Of a stretch of 64,000 nucleotides of DNA, positions 43,171 to 51,641 are shown piece by piece. Source of the stretch: Heterodontus francisci (Eukaryota); contig NC_090378.1 in the NCBI RefSeq assembly GCF_036365525.1, forward strand, positions 115,677,593-115,741,592, given 5' to 3'. The position numbers and the translations under genes are program-made. Position 1 is the first letter of the stretch. Each line of letters opens with the position of its first letter. A model generated the notes under the pieces. That model worked only from the letters and a program-made list of their open reading frames with translations, did no database searches and was not told the origin of the DNA.

Positions 43171-46068
43171 CTACACTATTCCATTTTCATCCATATGTCT
43201 ATCCAATGACCGCTTAAATGCCCTTAAAGTTGGCGAGTCTACTACTGTTGCAGGCAGGGCGTTCCACGCCCCTACTACTCTCTGCGTAAAAAAACTACCT
43301 CTGACATCTGTCCTATATCTTTCACCCCTCAACTTAAAGCTATGTTCTCTCGTGTTTGCCATCATCATCCGAGGAAAAAGACTCTCACTATCCACCCTAT
43401 CTAACCCTCTGATTATCTTGTATGTCTCTATTAAGTCACCTCTCCTCCTCCTTCTCTCTAACGAAAACAACCCCAAGTCCCTCAGCCTTTCCTCGTAAGA
43501 CCTTCCTTCCATACCAGGCAACATCCTAGTAAATCTCCTCTGCACCCTTTCCAAAGCTTCCACATCCTTCCTATAATGCGGTGACCAGAACTGCACGCAA
43601 TACTCAAGGTGTGGCCTCACCAGAGTTTTGTACAGCTGCATCATGACCTCGTGGCTCCGAAACTCGATTCCCCTACTAATAAAAGCTAACACACCATATG
43701 CCTTCTTAACAGCCCTATTAACCTGGGTAGCAACTTTCAGGGATTTATGTACCTGGACACCAAGATCTCTCTGCTCATCTACACTACCAAGAATCTTCCC
43801 ATTAGCCCAGTACTCTGCATTGCTGTTACTCCTTCCAAAGTGAATCACCTCACACTTCTCCGCATTAAACTCCATTTGCCATCTCTCAGCCCAGCTCTGC
43901 AGCCTATCTATGTCCCTCTGTACCCTACAACACCCTTCGACACTATCCACAACTCCACCGACCTTCGTGTCATCCGCAAATTTACTAACCCACCCTTCTA
44001 CACCTTCATCCAGGTCATTTATAAAAATGACAAACAGCAGTGGCCCCAAAACAGAATCTTGCGGTACACCACTAGTAACTAAACTCCAGGATGAACATTT
44101 GCCATCAACCACCACCCTCTGTCTTCTTTCAGCTAGCCAATTTCTGATCCAAAGCTCTAAATCACCTTCAACCCCATACTTCCGTATTTTCTGCAATAGC
44201 CTACCGTGGGGAACCTTATCAAACGCCTTACTGAAATCCATATACACCACATCCACGGCTTTACCCTCATCCACCTGTTTGGTCACCTTCTCGAAAAACT
44301 CAATAAGGTTTGTGAGGCACGACCTACCTTTCACAAAACCGTGCTGACTATCGCAAATGAACTTATTCTTTTCAAGATGATTATAAATCCTATCTCTTAT
44401 AACCCTTTCCAACATTTTACCCACAACCGAAGTAAGGCTCACAGGTCTATAATTACCAGGGCTGTCTCTACTCCCCTTCTTGAACAAGGGGACAACATTT
44501 GCTATCCTCCAGTCCTCCGGCACTACTCCTGTCGACAATGACGACATAAAGATCAACAACAACGGCTCTGCAATCTCCTCCCTGGCTTCCCAGAGAATCC
44601 TAGGATAAATCCCATCTGGCCCAGGGGACTTATCTATTTTCACTCTTTCCAAAATTGCTAACACCTCCTCCTTGTGAATCTCAATCCCATCTAGCCTAGT
44701 AGGCTGTATCTCAGTAATCTCCTCGGCAACATTTTCTTTCTCTACTGTAAATACTGACGAAAAATATTCATTTAACGCTTCCCCTATCTCCTCTGATTCC
44801 GCACACAACTTCCCACTACTATCCTTGATTGGCCCTGTTCTAACTCTTATCATTCTTTTATTCCTGATATACCTATAGAAAGCCTTAGGGTTTTCTTTGA
44901 TCCTATCCGCCAATGACTTCTCGTGTCCTCTCCTTGCTCTTCTTAGCCCTCCCTTTAGATCCTTCCTGGCTAGCTTGTAACTCTCAAGCGCTCTAACTGA
45001 GCCTTCACGTCTCATCCTAACATAAGCCGCCCTCTTCCTCTTGACAAGCGCTTCAACTTCTTGAGTAAACCACGGCTCCCTCGCTCGACAACTTCCTCCC
45101 TGCCTGACAGGTACATACTTATCAAGGACACGCATTAGCTGCTCCTTGAATAAGCTCCACATTTCGATTGTGCCCATCCCCTGCAGTTTCCTTCCCCATC
45201 CTACACATCCTAAATCTTGCCTAATCGAGTCATAATTTCCTTTCCCCCAGCTATAATTCTTGCCCTGCGGTATATACCTGTCCCTGCCCATCGCTAAGGT
45301 AAACCTAACCAAATTGTGATCACTATCGCCAAAGTGCTCACCTACATCTAAATCGAACACCTGGCCGGGTTCATTACCCAGTACCAAATCCAATGTGGCA
45401 TCGCCCCTGGTTGGCCTGTCCACATACTGTGTCAGAAAACCCTCCTGCACACACTGGACAAAAACAGACCCATCTAAAGTACTCGAACTATAGTATTTCC
45501 AGTCAATATTTGGAAAGTTAAAGTCCCCCATAACCACTACCCTGTTACTCTCGCTCCTGTCGAGAATCATCTTCGCTATCCTTTCCTCTACATCTCTGGA
45601 ACTATTCGGAGGTCTATAGAAAACTCCCAACAGGGTGACCTCTCCTCTCCTGTTTCTAACCTCGGCCCATACTACCTCAGTAGACGAGTCCTCAAACGTC
45701 CTTTCTGCCGCTGTAATACTTTCCTTGATTAACAATGCCACACCTCCCCCCCCCCCTCTTTTACCCTCTTCTCTGTTCTTACTGAAACATCTAAATCCCG
45801 GAACCTGCAACATCCATTCCTGCCCCTGCTCTACCCATGTCTCTGAAATGGCCACAACATCAGGATCCCAGGTACCAACCCATGCTGCAAGCTCACCCAC
45901 CTTATTCCGGATGCTCCTGGCGTTGAAGTAGACACACTTTAAACCAAGTTCTTGCTTGCCAGTGCCCTCTTGCGTCCCTGTAACCTTATCCCCTACCTCA
46001 CTACTCTCAACAGCCTGGACACTGGAACTACAATTTAGGTTCCCATTCCCCTGCTGATTTAGTTTAAA
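43171..46068 (-). CDS. CR1 ORF2p (APE endonuclease + reverse transcriptase); frame open from 46068 with no upstream ATG
   Basis: YFNARSI, ISETW, GDFN and SDH endonuclease motifs; DFSKAFD and FADD RT motifs. PQG is mutated to PQD in this copy. The frame is stop-free up to the ORF1 overlap. Confidence 0.92.
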   Translation of the reverse strand, partial: FKLNQQGNGNLNCSSSVQAVESSEVGDKVTGTQEGTGKQELGLKCVYFNARSIRNKVGELAAWVGTWDPDVVAISETWVEQGQEWMLQVPGFRCFSKNREEGKRGGGGGVALLIKESITAAERTFEDSSTEVVWAEVRNRRGEVTLLGVFYRPPNSSRDVEERIAKMILDRSESNRVVVMGDFNFPNIDWKYYSSSTLDGSVFVQCVQEGFLTQYVDRPTRGDATLDLVLGNEPGQVFDLDVGEHFGDSDHNLVRFTLAMGRDRYIPQGKNYSWGKGNYDSIRQDLGCVGWGRKLQGMGTIEMWSLFKEQLMRVLDKYVPVRQGGSCRAREPWFTQEVEALVKRKRAAYVRMRREGSVRALESYKLARKDLKGGLRRARRGHEKSLADRIKENPKAFYRYIRNKRMIRVRTGPIKDSSGKLCAESEEIGEALNEYFSSVFTVEKENVAEEITEIQPTRLDGIEIHKEEVLAILERVKIDKSPGPDGIYPRILWEAREEIAEPLLLIFMSSLSTGVVPEDWRIANVVPLFKKGSRDSPGNYRPVSLTSVVGKMLERVIRDRIYNHLEKNKFICDSQHGFVKGRSCLTNLIEFFEKVTKQVDEGKAVDVVYMDFSKAFDKVPHGRLLQKIRKYGVEGDLELWIRNWLAERRQRVVVDGKCSSWSLVTSGVPQDSVLGPLLFVIFINDLDEGVEGWVSKFADDTKVGGVVDSVEGCCRVQRDIDRLQSWAERWQMEFNAEKCEVIHFGRSNSNAEYWANGKILGSVDEQRDLGVQVHKSLKVATQVNRAVKKAYGVLAFISRGIEFRSHEVMMQLYKTLVRPHLEYCVQFWSPHYRKDVEALERVQRRFTRMLPGMEGRSYEERLRDLGLFSLERRRRRGDLIETYKIIRGLDRVDSESLFPRMMMANTREHSFKLRGERYRTDVRGSFFTQRVVGAWNALPATVVDSPTLRAFKRSLDRHMDENGIV

Positions 46069-47000
46069 CCCCCCCGAAGAGCACTAACAAATCTCCCCCC
46101 CAGGATATTGGTACCCCTCTGGTTCAGGTGAAGACCATCCTGTTTGTAGAGGTCCCACCTACCCCAGAAAGAGCCCCAATTATCCAGGAAACCAAAACCC
46201 TCCCTCCTACACCATCCCTGCAGCCACGTGTTCAACTCCTCTCTCTCCCTATTCCTCTCTTCGCTAGCACGTGGCACGGGCAACAACCCAGAGATAACAA
46301 CTCTGGTTGTTCTCGCTCTAAGCTTCCACCCTAGCTCCCTGAATTTCTGCCTTAAATCCCCATCTCTCTTCCTACCTATGTCGTTGGTGCCTATGTGGAC
46401 CACGACTTGGGGGTGCTCCCCCTCCCCCTTAAGGATCCCAAAAACACGATCAGAGACATCACGTACCCTGGCACCTGGGAGGCAACACACCAACCGTGAG
46501 TCTCTCTCGTTCCCACAGAACCTCCTATCTGTTCCCCTAACTATGGAGTCCCCAATGACTAATGCTCTGCTCCTCTTCCCTTTTCCCTTCTGAGCAACAG
46601 GGACAGACTCTGTGCCAGAGACCTGCACCCCATTGCTTACCCCTGGTAAGTCGTCCCCCTCAACAGTATCCAAAACGGTATACCTGTTGTTGAGGGAAAC
46701 GGCCACAGGGGATCCCTGCACTGCCTGCTGGTTCCCTTTCCTTCCCCTGACGGTAACCCATCTACCTTCTTCTTTTACCTGAGGTGTGACTGCCTCCCTA
46801 TAACTCCTGTCAATAATCCCCTCCGCCTCCCGAATGATCCGAAGTTCATCCAGCTCCAGCTCCAGTTCCCTAACGCGGTCTGCGAGGAGCTGGAGTTGGG
46901 TGCACTTCCCGCAGATGCAGTCAGCAGGGACACTCTTGGCGACCCCTACCTCCCACATTCTGCAGGAGGAACATACAACTGCCTTTACCTCCATTCCCAC
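46059..47000 (-). CDS. CR1 ORF1p (N-terminal Cys zinc finger, coiled coil, SGNH esterase domain), 313 aa
   Basis: CSSC...CGKC, VRELELELDEL, VIGDSIVR, HIGTND and DGLHLN motifs. Confidence 0.93.
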   Translation of the reverse strand: MGMEVKAVVCSSCRMWEVGVAKSVPADCICGKCTQLQLLADRVRELELELDELRIIREAEGIIDRSYREAVTPQVKEEGRWVTVRGRKGNQQAVQGSPVAVSLNNRYTVLDTVEGDDLPGVSNGVQVSGTESVPVAQKGKGKRSRALVIGDSIVRGTDRRFCGNERDSRLVCCLPGARVRDVSDRVFGILKGEGEHPQVVVHIGTNDIGRKRDGDLRQKFRELGWKLRARTTRVVISGLLPVPRASEERNREREELNTWLQGWCRREGFGFLDNWGSFWGRWDLYKQDGLHLNQRGTNILGGRFVSALRGGLN

Positions 47001-47504
47001 TATTCTAGATTCCCAACAAATCTACTGAAAAACCAAACGAAAAAAAAAAAGTCAAAACTTGTTCGCTTAGCAATCCGACGGACTGAACTTTTTAAATAAA
47101 AAGCTTACCTTTTCAACACACCAGAGTCCTTTTTTTTTTGGTTAGAGGAGGAGGGTGGGTGGGAGACACTACACGTGTAGTGTCTCGGGTACTGCCACTG
47201 CCCAAATAAATAGTTTTCCCTTACCCAGCAGTCCCCTGGTCCTCCGAAACAAAAGGGGATTAACTTGTAACTTACACTGAAATTGACCGCTCAGCTGTAC
47301 GTTCGCTCCGCACCTCGTTCTGTCAAAGCTGCTCCTCGCAAAAAGAAAAAGATTTTAAAACTGCCCAAATAAATAGTTTTCCCTTACCCAGCAGTCCCCT
47401 GGTCCTCCGAAACAAAAGGGGATTAACTTGTAACTTACACTGAAATTGACCGCTCAGCTGTAAGTTCGCTCCGCACCTCGTTCTGTCAAAGCTGCTCCTC
47501 GCAA

Positions 47505-50356
47505 AAATCTGCGGTGAGACCCCCTGCTGCCGATGATGTTGAGGCTGGCTATGGTTATCTTCATGTCAAAGGTACTTAAAACCCATCACCAACAGCTCAC
47601 TGTGAGGAGGGAGTGGAAGTGCACCTGGCCAGGAGCACTTCCACTCCCCCAGCAACCCATTGAGGAACACATTAAAACGGCGCCTCTCAACCAGTTTCAC
47701 GCCCGCGCGCTTGCCCGTTACCTTCAGGGCAGCACGGACAGACTGGATGATCAGCGCCAGATTCGACGAGCGGTCGAGGGCCAGCTGAACTTTATTGCGG
47801 GAGCCCCTGCAAACCGTGAGGAAATCCCGGAGTTCCGCCATGGGGATGAGAGGAGATTCGGTGGGAGGCACGAGGGACTCCACCACCTCACTGGCGATGG
47901 AATCAGGATCATCCTCCGTGCCCCACACCGAATCCCCATCCTCCTCCGGGTCGTCACCGCCAGCGGCCGACACGCCCACCGCACACTGTGGGGTGGACGT
48001 CCTGGCCGCGCCAGCTGGTCCCGCCTCCGTCACGATCCCACCCCCAGGATCGATGGCGGAGGAGTCCTCTCTGGGTTCTATTGTGAAACTGGAGCCTGTA
48101 GGCACCAGCGGTTCAGGACCTCCCTCTACCTCCGTCCCCAGGCCAATGAGTGGTCCAGGGGAGACAGACGTTCCCGACTCCGGAAAACCAGCCGGAGCCG
48201 AGACTGGAGGCGGAGAGAGGAGGCCATCTCCCGCTCCGCCTGCACCCACAGGCCCAGCAGATGGGGCAGCATTCTCGGTTATAACCGGGTCGGGTGTCTC
48301 TTGGTTGGTTGTGGACTCCAGCTGGGAGGGCCGACCCTCTGGGGCCTCGCCCTCCCCTTCACCCAGGGCACCCGACCCAGTAGCAGTGGCGGAATGGTCG
48401 GAGTCCCCAGGCTCCCCCACCACAAGCAGGGCCCCACTTACTCCTTCAGGATGGGGCCTCATGTACCGGGGCCTTCCCCTCCCCTCCATCCTGAGGAATA
48501 GGGAGCTCCTGCCCAGACTTTGTAGCCTTGGTGGTGGTGGTAGGGGAAACCTGGGGACCTGAGACAGGAGACAGCTCCCCTCCAACAGATGGGCCCTGCG
48601 CCTCAGGGCCCCTTATTACGTCTGTGGAGGGATGCCTTCTCCTCTTTTTCCCACCAGGGCGCAGAGGCTCAGAGACCTCCATGTCATCAGAGGCCTCCGC
48701 CTCCGAACTCTCTTTTTTCTTATTCACCCTGGGCCTGAGCCCACCCCTGGGGCAAATTGACTCCCCGAGATCGGGCTTTTCGCTGCGCTCAGACTCTGGT
48801 AGTGTTATGGTGTCCAGGGGACGCGCCTCTCGATGTTTATTTCTCCTCCGCGCCTTCCTTCCAGTTGGACGGTCACCCACCTCCCTGCCGGAGGCCGTGA
48901 AAACCACAGCCTCCGGTACCGACTGAATGGTATCTGGTGGAGGTGTGGGGTGGGAGGAGGTGCAGCTGCGCCACCCTGGGCCGCCAAGTTGGAGGTGGCA
49001 GCCGGGAGGTTGGGGCAGTTCTTACGAACATGCCCCACCCCCTTACAGACATGGCACCGCGGCCCATCCAAGGTCCAGAAGACGCGGTAGGCCGTCCCCT
49101 GGAATGCTACATTAAAGTGGCCCTCTGTCACCTCCTCCCGTGCCAGCTGCATGAATAACTGGCGGCGGAAGGAGTACACATGTCGGAGGCTGTTCTCCCG
49201 AAGACCGAGCGGGACTGGGGTGAGCCCCGTCTTTACCTCCCCCAGATGGTGCAGGTGGGGAAGGAGGAGCTCACCAGGAATGAAGGGCGGGACGTTGGAT
49301 AAAATGACCCTATGCGCAGTGGCCTCCAGGGGGTCCACTGGCAGAAAGGTCCCGCCCACGGTGAGCCCCTTGCTCAGAGCCAGGGACACCGCCCGCTCGG
49401 TCTTCAGGAATAACACTGCCTTCCCATACATTTTAGAGGCTGCAACAATAGCCGAAGGGCTGACAACCTCAGCCATTGCTTTCACACATGCCTCGATAGT
49501 CATGTTCGGGTGGACGTAGCTCTTGACTCCATGCTTAGATGTTATTAGCGCAAACGGTGACGGGGCAATAGGTGCAGCTGCAGCAGCCGCAGCAGCATAT
49601 GAATGGGAAGGCCCCGCCACCGGCGAAGAGGGGCTTGCCATGGGGTCGCAGAGCTACGCCCACCCCCAAGAAACAAAGCACACGACAGTTTTCTTTAACA
49701 CAAACAATATGATGGGGGAGGGGGGGATGGGAATAGAGGAGGATAGGGCTGAAAAGGACAAGGAGAGGAGAGGATAGGTGGCCGAGTGATGGAAGAGAGA
49801 GAACAGCTGCAAGGATGTTTCTTCAATTGGTGGTTGGAGCACCTTCCTGCAGAGTCGACAGTCCACTCTTCCAGTTAGGGGAGGGTTCTCGCCCGGGTCG
49901 GTTAGAGCCGCCCGATTCTCTCCCTTTTCTGTTGTTGTATAAGGATTTTCTTCAGCCGGGGAGCTCCAGCCGTCCCGAGCCACACAGTCGGGGGTGGGGA
50001 GGGAGCCCCTTTTGTGCAGGATGGCAGATAAACACAAGAGCTAGTACAGGGGCTCCCTATAGAATTTGGCAGCCCCACCCCTGGATCTTCCGGTGCCTTC
50101 TCCCTCCCCCAACAGTCCAAACAACCAACAGTTCTCTGGTGCTCCAACACCCACCTCTCCAAAATGACTCTCAGGTCTTCTTAGTCTTGAAAATGTGCAA
50201 CAGTTCCACAGTAAATACAGCTGTCTCCACTCGACAGTCACCTCTCTGCAGTAACTCCAGTCTCCTCGCTCCTCTCCAGTTGCAGTTGCAGCAACACAGG
50301 TGCAGCTGCTCCCCCTGATTGCAGACAGGAAGTGCTTCACAAATTGCCCAGCCAAT
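47505..50356 (-). mobile_element. Tx1-clade LINE copy A: 5' UTR, frameshifted ORF1, first ~20 codons of ORF2; 3' part lost at the CR1 junction
   Basis: ORF1 from 49641 (MASPSSPVAGPS..., CHVCKGVGHVRKNC zinc knuckle) is broken into three frames. ORF2 start MKITIASLNI at 47564. 5' end ATTGGCT abuts CCCG of the target repeat. Confidence 0.93.
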
Positions 50357-50428
50357 CCCGTGCTGTACCTGTCCTGGGAGTGTTTGATGGGGACAGTGGA
50401 GAGGGAGCTTTACTCTGTATCTAACCCA
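50357..50428. repeat. ~68-bp target repeat, unit 1
   Basis: CCCGTGCTGTACCTGTCCTGGGAGTGTTTGATGGGGACAGTGGAGAGGGAGCTTTACTCTGTATCTAACCCA; recurs at 51557-51622 and 57396-57440. Confidence 0.93.
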
Positions 50429-51538
50429 TTTTTTTTTTTATCTGGCCTTCAAGTCATTTATTGAGCAGATCAATTCAAAGCCCCAACACTTTCACCCCAG
50501 GACATAATCAAGGCAACTCCAAAGTGCAATTAGCAGCATCTAAATGACTGAGTCGACAAATCAAGTTTTGCATTAACTGTTTCCCAGAACAAGGTACATC
50601 ACTGCCATGAAATGTCAGCACTTCACCATGCAATTAATTATTAACCCATTCTATGCAATTTGGCTTTTTCTGTCAAGAGGAAGTGTTAACAGTTGAACAC
50701 AGGAACAATTAACAATTAAACTCCAAGAGTCTCTAAACAATTACATTAATACAATTAAGGCCACACCTTGGCCAAGTTTTATAGAAATCTGTATTGCTGC
50801 AAAATGAACATTTAAACATATCAGCACTATACAGACGTTACAGATAGAAATAAGCCATAATAGATTAAGACTGCATCAAAGTGTTGAAAAGAGTTTGCTC
50901 AGAAAACAGTTCCCGCCATGGACAATGAGGTCCTGCCAAAATCGATTTGCTTCAATTCCCACCTCCAAAGACATCATGGTATTGTTGTTGGTGGTGTTCT
51001 TGTTTTATGATTTGCAATGCCTGAAACACGCCAGCGGACAACATCACGATGAAGATTAGGAAGACAAGGATGCTCAGCACTGTGGTTGCAATGTTGAGTG
51101 CCCGGGCTGTAGACGCATAGTGCCGAGCTCCTTCGACATCTCCCACAACTTTCCGATCTCTAGACATGACCGAGAAAACCAGCGCCACGAATCCAAGGCA
51201 GCAGAAATTCATGTAGAAGAAGCTGAAGAGAGACCAGAGCAGGTGGTCCCGGATCGGGCGAACATTTGGGGCCAGGTTAATGATGGTGGACGGGACCGAC
51301 TGACCGTCCTCCTTCAGGCACTGGTAAGGGGAGGTGTGGCGATTCATCGGCACTTGGTCCGCTCTGTACTCCATCCTGGATACAGTGTCAGTGGGAGAGC
51401 GAAGTGCATGTGAAGCGCTCCCGATTCGGCAATTTATAGACTGGGGTGGAGCAAGAGACTGGAACCACCTCCAACAAACCAACTGACAGAGTCTGTCATG
51501 CTCCTGAGTTTTAATCAATCAGTTTACTTTCAGAATGT
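50429..51538 (-). other. Processed retrocopy of an IFITM-family mRNA (upstream segment, CDS, 3' UTR, poly(A))
   Basis: AATAAA at 50457-50462, 17 nt before an A11 tail (50429-50439). TAACCCA(T...) is duplicated on both sides (50422 / 51539). No intron. Confidence 0.88.
50952..51374 (-). CDS. IFITM: Interferon-induced transmembrane protein (IFITM/CD225 dispanin family), 140 aa, intact and intronless
   Basis: RDHLLWSLFSFFYMNFCCLGFVALVFSVMSRDRKVVGDVEGARHYASTARALN is the CD225 core, with the CC pair and GxxxG. N-terminal YQCL (YxxPhi) motif and C-terminal TM helix. Confidence 0.93.
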   Translation of the reverse strand: MEYRADQVPMNRHTSPYQCLKEDGQSVPSTIINLAPNVRPIRDHLLWSLFSFFYMNFCCLGFVALVFSVMSRDRKVVGDVEGARHYASTARALNIATTVLSILVFLIFIVMLSAGVFQALQIIKQEHHQQQYHDVFGGGN

Positions 51539-51556
51539 TAACCCATTTGTTTTTAT

Positions 51557-51622
51557 CTGTACCTGCCCTGGGAGTGTTTGATGGGGACAGTGCAGAGGGA
51601 GCTTTACTCTGTATCTAACCCG
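51557..51622. repeat. ~68-bp target repeat, unit 2
   Basis: CTGTACCTGCCCTGGGAGTGTTTGATGGGGACAGTGCAGAGGGAGCTTTACTCTGTATCTAACCCG followed by a T-tract. Confidence 0.93.
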
Positions 51623-51641
51623 TTTTTTTTTAATCTAACCC

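Larger units (their letters stand above)
43098..47504 (-). mobile_element. Full-length young CR1 LINE
   Basis: 5' UTR with tandem duplication, then ORF1, ORF2, 3' UTR and (TTCTAA)n tail. Confidence 0.97.

Noticed and set aside
51375-51518. 48-aa N-terminal extension of IFITM in the ORF track (188 aa)
   Set aside because: It begins at a non-ATG codon and crosses a TATA-like motif. The ATG at 51374 gives a normal-length IFITM.
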